Shown here: piece by piece, positions 24,527 to 35,970 of the stretch
Position numbering within the stretch: position 1 is the first letter of the stretch
Layout of the letters: every line of letters begins with the position of its first letter
Assembly: GCA_035084275.1 (NCBI GenBank)
Contig: CM068745.1
Location: 7,440,001-7,504,000 of the forward strand
Origin: Hydrolagus colliei
Lineage: Eukaryota
DNA length: 64,000 nucleotides
Reading direction: 5' to 3'
Notes under the pieces: generated by a model
What the model saw: only the letters and a program-made list of their open reading frames with translations
What the model was told of the DNA's origin: nothing
Database searches by the model: none
Translations under genes and position numbers: made by a program

Positions 24527-24649
24527 TTGCTGTGTTTTCAGGTTGGTTGTCATCTCTCTTACACACAGTGGAGCAGAGAAACACTCTTAACATTTTGAAG
24601 GATTTCTATTTTTGTCAGTGGCTAGGTGTAAGGATTTTATTTGTGATGT
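24527..24649 (-). repeat. 123-bp inverted repeat, right arm (inserted copy)
   Basis: Flanked by direct repeat GTTCATTTGAA at 24511-24521 and 24648-24658. Confidence 0.95.
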
Positions 24650-24658
24650 TCATTTGAA

Positions 24659-25007
24659 GGAGCTCCTGTGGCTCAGTGGTTAGAGCACTTGTCTTGCAAG
24701 CTGGGGAGACCAAGCTGGGGAGACCTGTGTTCGAATCCAGGCAGGTCAGGGCGAAACCTTGGGCAAGTTTCCTTACTCCACACGCCTAATAATAATCCCT
24801 CCAAAAAAAAACACAATAATAAAATTGGTCATTTCAATCCACGACTGTGTGTGGGACACTGCTGTGCGCAATTGGCTGCCGCGATTCACCCACAAATATA
24901 TACAGTCAATTCACTTTACAGTATATTCTGTGAAGCGCTTTGGGACGTTGATAAGATGTGGAAAGCGCTATATCACATGCAAGGATTATTATTATTATTA
25001 TTATTAT
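24659..25007 (+). mobile_element. tRNA-derived SINE, full length
   Basis: GGAGCTCCTGTGGCTCAGTGG...GTTCGAATCC...(ATT)n. Confidence 0.92.
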
Positions 25008-25610
25008 GTAAGCCATCATTACTGCACCATAGGAATTGACAAGTCTCAATTGAAACAAGAATAGAAAACAACTTGAACAGAGATTTGAAAAAGCAAAACC
25101 CTAAACTGTCCATGGGGGTGAAATAATCACTGGACATACTGTTTCTCTAGCTCAGGGTTCACATTGGGCACAGCAGTTTTCTCACACTCTTTTCTCTCTG
25201 TTCTTACAACTGACTTCACTTTCTATTTGATCTCTTGCAAATAAATTTGGCATCTACCCTTCATCTGGAAACCGCTGCTACTCATCTTGTAGCGGGTCAA
25301 TATTTATCCCACCAAAAGTACCTGGAAGTGCTAGAGGCGAACAGCTTTTCTCCATGCCAACCTCAAACAGAGATGTCTGCTGGGGCATTAGATATCTACA
25401 TTACAGGTTTGACTGCTTCCTGGTCAAACAGACCTTGCTGGTCAAAAAGCTGGTATACCTGGTTTACTGGAAAATCGATATCCAGAGAACCAGCATTTTG
25501 AGATTCAGATATGCAGTCTAGCCGCAATGGAAGGAGGAGAGTACAAATGCTCTGCTTTTTAGTACCAACTGTAACAACCGAGTGAGCAATATCCATAACT
25601 AAAACAGTTT

Positions 25611-28600
25611 TAAGAGCACAAGAAATAGGAGCAGGAGTAGGCCATTCGGCCCCTCGAGCCTGCCCTGCCATTAAATAGGATCATGGCTGATCTAACCTAA
25701 TTCCATTTACCCACGTATCCCCATATCATTTCATCCCTCTATCCATTAGAAATCTATCAATCTCAGTCTTTAATATGTTCAAGGATTGAGAATACACAGC
25801 CTGCTGGGGTAGAGAATTCTATAAATTCCCTTCCCTCAGAGTGAAGAAATGTTTCCTCAACTCTGTTCGAAAAGGCTGACCCTTAATCTTGAGGCTGTTC
25901 CCCCTAGTTTTGGATTCTCCAACCAGGGGAAACAGTATCCCACTGTCACTCCCCTTAAGAATCCTATAGATTTCTAAAAGATCACCTCTAATTCTTCTAT
26001 ATTCTGGAGAATATAAACCCAGTTTACTCAAACTATCCTCATAGGTCAACCCCCTCATCCAAGGAACCAACCTAGTGAAACTACGCTGCACCCTTTTAAG
26101 ACGATTTATTTCTTAAATAAAGTGACCAAAACTGCATACAATATTCTAGATGCGGTCTCACCAAGGCCCCCTACAATTGCAGCAAGACTTCCCTATTCTT
26201 GCAATTGAACCCTTTTGCAATGAATGCCAATATGCCATTAGTCTTCCTAGTTGCTTGCTGTACCTGCACACTAACCTTTGGTGACTGGTGTAGACGGACA
26301 CCCAAATCCCTCTGAACACTAACGCTACCTTGTCTCTCCCCTTCTAGAAAATAATCCGCTTTTCTATTTTTACTACCTAGGTGAATAACCTTCCACTTTC
26401 CCACATTAAACCCCATCTGCCACCTTCTTGCCTACTCACCTATCCCTTTGAATTCTTCTTGTGTCATCTTCACAGCTTATTTTCCTACCTAGCTTCATAT
26501 CGTCCACTGTGTTGAGCTCTATTTCCTCATCTAAATCATTGATATAGACTGGACATAGTTGAGGCCTAAGCACTAATCCTTGTGGCACTCCACTAGTCAC
26601 ATCCTGCCAATCTGAGAAGGACCCATTTATGCCTATTCTTTGTTTTCTTCCCGTTAGCCATTCTTCGATCCACACTAATATATTGCCTTAATTTCATGGG
26701 CCCTAAACTCATGTAACAGTCTTTTATGTGCCACTTTGTCGAAAGCCTTCTGAAAGTCCAAATAAACTACTGGTTCCCCCCTATCTAGCTTGTTAATTAC
26801 ATCCTCAAAAAACTCTAATAGATGTGTTAAACATAATTTCCCTTTTGTAAAGCCATGTTGACTCTGCCTGATCATGTGATGATTTTCTAAGTACTGCACG
26901 AAGATATCCCTGATAATTGACTCTAGAATTTTCCCTGCCACCAATGTCAGACCAACTGACCTATAGTTCCCCATTTTTTCTCTCCCACCCTTAAATAGTG
27001 GCATTACATTTGCGATCTTCCAAACAAAAGGAACCATTCTAGAACCCAAAGAATTTGGGAAGATAAAAAACAGAGCATCCACTATCTCTACAGCCACCGC
27101 CTTCAAACCCTTGGGATGCAGGCCATCGGGTCCAGGGGATTTATTCATTATTAAACCCATCCATTTCCCTAGAAGTGAAAGTGAGCCTATTGGTTCACCT
27201 CTATTTTTGGTAAGTTTTCAGCGTCTTCTAACGAGAAGGCAGAAGCAAAATATTTCTTTAATGACTGTCTATGCCTTCATTGGACCTATATTCACTTTTG
27301 ATAGTCTCTTCCTCTTTATGTATTCGTAAAAACTCTGATAATCCATCTTTATGTTCCTAGCTAGTTAACCCTCATATTCTATTTTCTCCCTCTTAATCAG
27401 TTTGGGGGTTTTCCTTTGCTGATCCCTAAAGCCCTCCTAATCCTCAGGTTTACTGCTCTTTTCTGGCAGTATCATATGTGTCTTTTTTTGATTTTGTACT
27501 TTGCCCAATTTCTCTAGTTAGCGTTGGTTGACCCACTTTTCCCGTGGTGTTTTTATTCCTCAAGGAAATATGTTTTTGCTGGGAATTATGGATTATATCT
27601 TTAAACATTTGCCATTGCTCGTCTACTGTGATATAGTTTAATCTAATTTCCCAGTCTATTTTAGCCAAATCTTCTCTTATATTCGCAAAGTTGGCTTTGT
27701 TTAAATTTAAGACCCTTGCTTCGTACTTAACTACATCACTCTCTAACTTAATGTTAAATTCCATTATGTTATGGTCACTCTGCCATAAGGAGCCTTAACT
27801 TCCAGATTGTTGATAAGCCCTATTTTGTTACACAAAACAAGGCCTAGGAAATCCTGTTCCCTGGTTGGTTCCTCAGCATACTGTTCTAGATAGAGTAGAA
27901 GTCAGTTTATCCGTGATTCGATGCACCAGCACTTCCGTATAACCGACATGCCAAAAAAAAAGTCCCCATTCGATAACCCAGAACTTACCCGGAACAATAG
28001 CAGTGGAGTATTTGTAAATACATAAATAATAACATAAAAACAGAATACCAGAATGTTGTACTGGTGCTTGTTGTTGGAGCTGTTCTCTTGCGCTTTTTAC
28101 CTTTGCTGGTATACATTGCACTTGAAGCCATGATGCTGCGGTTGTGGTTTATAGTCCAGCGATTCTTTTTGAAGTGGGGCACGCCAAGCGGAGAAAAAAT
28201 GGAGCGTGTATGACTTTAAAGTCATACTGGCGGCAAGCCGATAACGCTAGCCGATAACTCACATTGTCGCGCAGTTGCAATATTTGCTGCTAGTAGAGTC
28301 TAGGGCGATCAGCTTGCTGCTAGTAAAGTCACACGACTTTGAAATCGCACTGCTGTTTTGTTCACCCGCCTGGCATCCCCCATTTGGGGAAGGGTCGCTG
28401 GACTGTAAACCTCAATCAGTGAGGCTGAGGAACGCAGGAGATTGGTTTTAATGGTGGGTGCCAATGTAATATTCTGTTATTATCTGTTATTACTTAGTAT
28501 GGTGTGTGTTAAAAGAACTTTAATTTTTTTGTGGTGGGTTTTCGGCTACAGGCCGCCCGAATATCCAGCAGGCGCTTTAACTGGCATTGGCTAGGTCCCA

Positions 28601-28690
28601 CGGGTACCGGATAAACGGGCTCCTACTGTAACTATCTCTAATGCATTCCATAAACTCGTCCTCTAATTTACTTTTGCCAATTTGGTTTTC
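25611..28690 (-). mobile_element. Long CR1 LINE fragment (linker and RT, multiple frameshifts), interrupted by a DNA transposon
   Basis: ORFs 27450..27764 (LNLNKANF), 26675..27160 (KSPGPDGLHP, YLDFQKAFDKV), 26436..26675 (SGVPQG), 26171..26416, 25819..26091; CR1 tail at ~25611-25670; CR1-like sequence resumes at 28631. Confidence 0.93.
27893..28628. mobile_element. Non-autonomous Tc1/mariner (pogo/Tigger-like) transposon with TA TSD
   Basis: TA|GAGTAGAAGTCAGTTTATCCG ... CGGATAAACGGGCTCCTACTG|TA; nested in CR1; additional internal inverted repeats. Confidence 0.82.
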
Positions 28691-28844
28691 ATCATACAAT
28701 TCCATGTAGTACTTTAACCTCAATGTATTGACACCTGAAATTATTTTCTAAATATGGCACTTGCACAGCCACTTTTCGCAAGGAAAGCCGCATTTTCATT
28801 AACTTCGTTTGAATAATGTTTGACGAACGATGGGAGCTTAACAG

Positions 28845-29130
28845 TAACAGTAGTAATCCTTATGTTTGGTGTAGCGCGTTTCACATCAGACATCCCAAAG
28901 TGCTGCACAGGATATAGCTTAAAGTGAAGTGACCCACAAACGGCTATGGAATGAGCGATCAATTTTATTTGTGAGACATTTGGTCGGGAGAAACCCTGTC
29001 TCTTTTTTGAACACTGTTGTGGAACCTTTAACATCCACCACGTTAGGCGGACAGCACCTTGATTTTAACATCTCATCCGGAGGGCAGCACACTCCTGGGA
29101 CTGCGTTGAGGTGTCAGCTTAGATGATGAA
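28845..29130 (-). mobile_element. DeuSINE-type SINE fragment
   Basis: TTTAACATCCACC...TTTAACATCTCATCCGGAGGGCAGCAC is a reverse Deu-domain-like sequence. Confidence 0.6.
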
Positions 29131-31831
29131 TATGCGAGGTAAGCGCGGATTCCTCGGAGCTCAACTGGCTCCAAGGTGACATATTTCGCAATGAAATATT
29201 GGAATTGAGCCAGCCCCCCTCTGCGGTGGTCTCTGGAGTCTGACTCCTCAGCCAGGCGAATCCAGAGCATTCCAGGGCATTGCTGATGAAAGCACAGCCA
29301 GCCTCGATCATCGGTAACATATGGAAGAGCAGACTGTCATACAATTTAAATTAAATTCTTGCCTGGCAACAGTCTACTTTTTCTTATAAGTGCGATTAGG
29401 AATAGATGATCCTGCACTTTGATTAAATGTTTCGGCCAATGCCCTTGGCATTTAATAAGCAGGGGAGCTCTTTATTGCCTCATTTGTTGACTAACATGTT
29501 ATCACTTAATTAGAGTTATATATAGCAGTGCCATGCTAAAACTAGTTTAAATCATGGAGTGAAGCAATTACTAGAGTTCATCTCTTTTTGGGGAAAAAGA
29601 AGTGAGTTGGAGATGTAATGCTATCCGAACATTTACCAAAACATTCAAAATATTATCCGAGTGTACTATTTCCTACATAAAACAACAATTTACATTTATC
29701 TAGCATCCTTCAGGTTGGGAGGGGGGAATTCCAGGGGTTTGATACAGCTGATGAGGTTCCACAATTGATGGCCAATAAGCACAATACCTAATAGCTGTGC
29801 TTCACTGAAGTGAATAATAATAGGGTTAATTTAACAATAAATGTTTAACCGTTGAATTATCTCATTAGAATGCCAGCTTATGAAATAGACAAATGAATGT
29901 TCATTATAACACACTTTATCTAATGGTTTGCTATATTAGGCTGCAGAATTAAAACCTGTGTCAGTGAGCAGTATGTCATTGTGAGTATTGTAGTGCAGTA
30001 TTTTGAGATTTGTATGAACTCTTCTCATCGTTCAGTGCATAAATCTGTTGGCAAATGTGAAACGGAACTATATGAATATCCAAGTCCTAGGACAATAATG
30101 AGGTGAATAACAATGCAACTCATACTTGCAAATAGCTTCTGAAGATAATCAGCACTGTGTTATGCTGACACCTCCATTTGAGAATTCCATTACAATTGCT
30201 GCAATTTAGATTCACTTTGGTCTCAGCAGTTGCACGATTTGGATCAAGTTTCCCCTCAACTGCCTATCGTTAATACAAATTAATTCAGCTTTTTGAGTCT
30301 CAGTCCTCGTAACTTAGAAACCTAAGTCTTGTATCAATTTTTTTTGTTCAGCTCTGAACCCTTCGTAATGTTTCACAGTCCAACCGGGACTTTTGAAAAG
30401 GTGGTGGGAATAATGGAGCCAGCACTGCAGCAAGTGGGAATCAAAGGATTAATGAAACCACTTCTTCCAAATGATTTCAGGATCAAAGCCTCAACATTGG
30501 CTCAAACCTGATTTGCACTGTACATTTTGCAGTAAATCACACAAAATGAATGTAACATGAATGGAATTACCAATAATCTCTGCGGGAATTGAATCGGGTG
30601 TTTTGACAGTAACTGATGGTCTTCAAGACCAACTTGTGTTAAGCCTCCATTCCTCAAATAAAGCTTGCTTAACTCTGTGAGAATTCATAACCTTCTTTGG
30701 GTTCATTGTTCAAAAGTGAGCAAGATCTGGCTTACTTTCATAGCACAGGGATGCCTTGACATCCACCACAACAGCAACAACAACTTGGACTCATATAGGA
30801 TCCTCCACAGGGTAGCGTCTCAGAGAGCTTGACATCGCTAAAAGGCAAATTAATTGCTCTGCTTCTGCCTTGAAATGCTAACCAGAGCTGTGTGCAGGTA
30901 CCTGGAGTGGAACGGGCTCTGCTGCAGATTATAAAATTGCACTTGACTGCTTTTTTCCACTCAGGATAAGGAATCGCCAAATCCATTATCCACCAAATAA
31001 AATTGGTTCAGCATTTTTACGCCCTATTAGAATGCAGTGCATGTGAAGAGGACTGAGGTGTAACTGAGAGGCTTTATTAGGAAGCCATGTCTTTACTCAG
31101 GTTGTACGGCAGCCTTGACAGCTTCTCATGCCTCTTTCCATACTCTGGCTTTCTATATGTATTTCCTAAAGCAGTGGCAGGTCCCTCATCCTAATCTTCT
31201 TGTGCTTGTAATATGTCTTATTATACAAACGACTGTACAGAGTCACTCAACTTGGCAGGCTCATTTTCTGTTCTGTCATTTTGCGCTTCTAGGTACAAAT
31301 ACAAAATTGGATGGTTTACATTATATTGTGTCATTAAAAAAGCATTACTAAAGGCAATCGTGTCTGCCCAATTGCTGAAGCACTTGGATCCAGAGGTTTG
31401 CAGATCATACTGTTATCCCAGGAAACAAAGATTCAAAAGACTGATCAAAGAGATTAAATCCTCCTCTCTGTAGTTAAAGGGATTTAAAAGCTTTATGCTG
31501 TACTCTTGGATGTGTTAATTATCCAAATATTAAGGTAGGCAAGAAAATTCCTACAGGGATTGCAAATGACTAATTATTAGATATGATGAGGAATTAATAA
31601 TGACCGTGTAATGAATATCTTGTTTACGGTATTCAGATTATTTGAGTATTGAGTCAGAATTCCATTTTGAGATGTTAATACCAATAAAGCAGTATTGATT
31701 AAAGGATTCTTTCTGCTGAGACTTCAGCTTTGAAAAAAAATGGACCTTTGAATAAATGTTGCATTTTTGGAGAACTAATAAACATATCTTATTCCTAGAC
31801 TTGCTTTGTATCAAAAGTACGATTGATAGGC

Positions 31832-32010
31832 GTCAGGCTGGCTCTCTCTGGGAAACACTCTTGTTTCTGAATCAGTAGGTTGTGGGTTCAAGCCTCAGGA
31901 CTTTGAGCTCAATTAGGGCACCACTTAGGGCATGACAGTGAGTGCTGGGAGAGCTAAACCAAGGCACTGACTAGCTATTGAGACAGATGTTAAAGAACAC
32001 CTGACACTAC
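31832..32010 (+). mobile_element. DeuSINE-type SINE head fragment
   Basis: CACTCTTGTTTCTGAATCAGTAGGTTGTGGGTTCAAG...TAAACCAAGG. Confidence 0.55.
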
Positions 32011-32579
32011 AGTAAACCTTACATAAGTTTTATCTTTATAAATTGTATGATCACCTAAGTCGTACATTGCCCTGAGTTCCATTCAGTTTACCATCAAAAC
32101 CACTTAGATTTGTTTGCACAACTCACATTAATCACCTTCTAACTCATAATGCCACTCACCTACCCTCCATTACTCTCACACTTACCGGTTGCATTAATTT
32201 GCAGGAAATTATGATGTGATCCGTCCACGCATACATACTTTTAGTGATATAAAAGACATCAGTGACAAATAATGATCTGCTAAATATGGGACATTATTTG
32301 CACTCTGTTGGGTACAAGAAATTGGCAGTATGTTTATCAATTGGTTTAAATATAATTTGAGAGAAAACACATCTATAGTTTCAGCTAGCTTTTCAGTGTC
32401 TTTTTTTAATTAAAAAAGACAATTAAACCAAGCTTTGTTGTCGCCTTTAATGTGACAGTATAATGAGATGCAGTAAGTGGATCACACAGAGATGGGCTAT
32501 AGGATTGCAGCTTGATTAGTTATATGGTTGTGAGCTGAGATGGTGCAGCACATTTGCATAGGAAACACTGCCAATATTA

Positions 32580-32892
32580 TTCTGTAGCTCAAGCAGCAAT
32601 CACCTTGCAAGTGAGAGACCTGGGTTCGATTCTAGGCAGTTTCCTTACTCCGTACGCCTGATAATAATCCCTCAAGAAAAAAATCCGGAACTGTTTGTGG
32701 GACACTCTGTGTGCAATTGGCTGCTGTGTTTCGCCCACAAATATACAGTCAATTCACTATACACTGTATTCTGTAAAGCGCTTTGAAATGATTATTGTCA
32801 ATCGTGTGGAGTAAGGAAACTTGCCCAAGATTTCGCCCTGGCTGGAATCGAATGCAAGGTGAGTGTTCTAGCCACTGAGCTACAGGACACCA
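32580..32892. mobile_element. Two tRNA-derived SINE pieces in opposite orientation
   Basis: Plus copy ~32580-32797; minus head ~32803-32892. Confidence 0.8.
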
Positions 32893-33404
32893 CTATGATT
32901 GTTTGTGGGACCTTATTGTGCTCAGGATGGCTGTAATATTTGCATAATATTTGCGTACAAGTCCCAGTACTTCACAGTGATTGCGGGTTGCTTTAAAGTA
33001 TTTCATTGCACTATGAAAAGACAAGTTCTTTCTATCTTTTAATAGTATGTCAGCAGTAGTGCTTTGCGCAATTTGAATGATGACAATGTTGCAAATTTAA
33101 TGCCTGTTGGCTAATAATTGTAGTGTCTGGAAATGATCTATTTAAAAGAATTATTTTATTAAGAGGTATGTGAATCCATGAATAATTGTACTTTCCAAAA
33201 CGCAGTAACTGTACACATTAATGGCCCTATGTACGTTCAAGCTTATAGTATCAGGGCATCATGTCTTTGGAGAATGTAAGTTGAACAATTAATTATTTGA
33301 TATATGCAAAGCATTTTGCATCCGACTTCAAAACGTGACGTTAAATCTTTATTTATAATAGTGTTGTATGTGAATATTTGATACACTTGTTAGCCACCTG
33401 GCTA

Positions 33405-33600
33405 GTTCTACGTTGTTGGAGGTGCAGTTTTTTGGATGAAGCGTTAAACTGAAGACCTATCTGCTTACGCTCATGGATATTGAAGATCGCATGGCACTAT
33501 TCGAAAAGGAAATGAAGTTACCTACAATGTTCTGGCTAGCAGCCCTCCAGATAAAATTTGTCATTCACTTCACAGCTGTTTGTGCATTTTAGCAAATTGG
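33405..33600 (+). mobile_element. DeuSINE-type SINE fragment
   Basis: GTTGGAGGTGCAG...GGATGAAGCGTTAAACTGA...GATCGCATGGCACTATTCGAA. Confidence 0.6.
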
Positions 33601-35547
33601 TTTTTGCAATTGTTGCAGTTTACAGCAAATCTTACGACTTTTGGATCACGAGAACTCAAATAGGTTACCAGCATGGTTGAGTATGCTGGACTTGTTTACC
33701 AAAAGTAGCTTGATATCAATAATAATAATAATCCTTGCATTTGATGTAGCGCCTAATCATGTTGTTAAGACATCTCAAAAGTGCTGCACAGAATATAATG
33801 TAAAGTGGATTGACAGTGTAGTTTGTGATGCTATGACTGTACAAGAATAGGTGGGTATTTTAGAAGGATGAGATCAAATGGACTATTCATCTAAAACTCT
33901 TATGAGTATTTTTCCTTTTGTGCTTTGGACGTAATTCTATTGTGCTTAGCTAAAATCATGTGGAAACATGACATTGGTTGTATTTGTATAACAATACATC
34001 AACACAAAATCTCTTATCAATAGACAGGTCCTGTTAAATTATAGACTGGCTTTTACTTTCAAAGATGACAACCACTTCATATCCTTACAACATTTTGTAA
34101 CATATATAATCTGATTTCCTTCTTTTAAGGAAGAGACCTAGAAAGAGGAATGCTGTGGGCTTTGGAGAGTAGTTTAGAATTAGACATTTGAATTTTCAAA
34201 AGCAAATGAAATATTTTTGCTGATAAAGAGCACAATTTCAGAAACTCTTTCAAATCTTCAAAAGGCATGTTTTGAAACTTCAAACAGCTTGCTGTAAAAT
34301 TTCCCTGCTATTAAACCACTTGATTTCTTTCTTTCTTTCTTTTCCAACTACTTTTATTATATTCAAGGGTTGTCTGCACATTTATAGCTCATTGTATTGT
34401 TCCAGAACGAGCTGCAGGAAAATAATGTAATTCCAAGGATTGGGGTGGCGGTGGGTGAAAGAAGGAAAGATTGCAGTAAGAGTGTTGCATTTGTTAAAAT
34501 CTCTGCACAATGTAATCCAGCTCCAATTAAAATCTTTAAAGTCTACTTTTATTATTGCAATATCTCCCTTCAATTAAATTTTTTTTATTTCTGCAACAAA
34601 AGACTTTTGTTGCAGGGAAGAGAAGTTATTTTGAAGAGGTTCACCCACCGTTGCTCTCATTTGCAACATCAATTCCAATGTTGTAAATTGTTTTGAAATA
34701 ACTGATAAATACAGGCTTGTGACCCAACAAAATAATTAAGTTATTATTTTTAAAAATGACCTCGGAATTTCTTTTCTTTCAAATATTATTTGGAGAGCAG
34801 GTGGAAGGCCAGGTCATTTGGTAAATTGTTTGCAAATTCATAAGTAGCTGAAGTAGACGGCCATTTTAAAATCTTCTGTGGAAGAATTAACAAAGTTAAA
34901 CAGTTTATTGTGTCCGAACAGCATTATTGAGATGTCCCAAAGCGGTTCACAGGACGAGGTGTCACTTGAACACAGAACCTTCTGTTTCAGAGGTGAGAGT
35001 GTTATCACTGCACTTGGCTGCCACACAAACCATTTCCCCTGGAAAGTGATCTGCCAGTTGACTAACAAACAGGCTCACTGTTGATAAACAGAGGCATTTG
35101 GAGTAAAGGCACTTGCTTAAGGTTTTGCAATGCCTGGGATATAATTGGGTGGGGAAGTGGGAGTGGGGGAGGACAAAGGCAGACAGACTGATGGACAGAG
35201 AGGACATTTGACAAATGCTGTTTCATATAACTACTAATAATCCCTCAAAAAAAATTAGTAATTTCAATCACCGACTGTTTGTAGGACACTATGGTGCGCA
35301 AACAGTCAATTCACTTTACAGTATATTTTGTGAAGTGCTTTGTGACATCTAGAAGAAGTGAAAAGCGCTATATCAAATGCAAACAAATTTCTTGTGCACA
35401 AGGGACACATTCATGATCAAAGAGCTATTTGCCCCTGATCTCCCAGTGTGGGAGGTGTGCCTTCCTGGTGTCAATTGCTTAATGTTTGTTGTTGGGGAAA
35501 GCAAAATTACTATATTCTTCCCTTATTGGATGCTGCAAAGTACTCGT

Positions 35548-35970
35548 GGAATCCTCTAGCTCAGTGTTTAGAGCCCTCGCTTTGCAAGTGAAGGGACTTG
35601 GGTTCAATTCCCAGGCAGGGTGAAATGCTGGGCAAGTTTCCTTACTCCACGTGCCAATTGTTAATCGATCGGCGGAGTTCCGAGTTTGGTAAAATTCCTT
35701 CAAAAATATAATAAGTTGATCACTCAACCACGACGGTAGCGTTTCACCCACAAAATATACAGTTAATTCACTTAATTGTGTATATTCTGTGAAGCTCTTC
35801 GAGGCATCTCGAAGACGTGATAAGAAGCTATACCAAATGCTAGCATTATTAGTTCTAACGAAGGGTCATGGACCTGAAATATTGACGCACTTTTCCTTTC
35901 TCCATAGATGATGCCTGACCCACTCAGTGTTCCCAGCGATTGTTGTTTTTGTTGCAAGGATTATTATCTT
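35548..35970 (+). mobile_element. tRNA-derived SINE with a PLE fragment inserted in its tail
   Basis: Head at ~35548; tail split by 35851-35952; another SINE body at ~35235-35380. Confidence 0.8.
35851..35952 (+). mobile_element. Short PLE pseudo-LTR copy
   Basis: Starts AGTTCTAACGAAGGG (decayed hammerhead); flanked by TGCTAGCATTATT and TGCAAGGATTATT. Confidence 0.8.

Noticed and set aside
25611-28690. Active autonomous CR1
   Set aside because: Multiple stops and frameshifts, an internal deletion, 5' truncation and a nested insertion.
29165-29270. HDV-like ribozyme (GGCGAA followed by a paired strand)
   Set aside because: Order and spacing do not allow the P1-P2-P3-L3-P1' nested double pseudoknot; only simple hairpins form.
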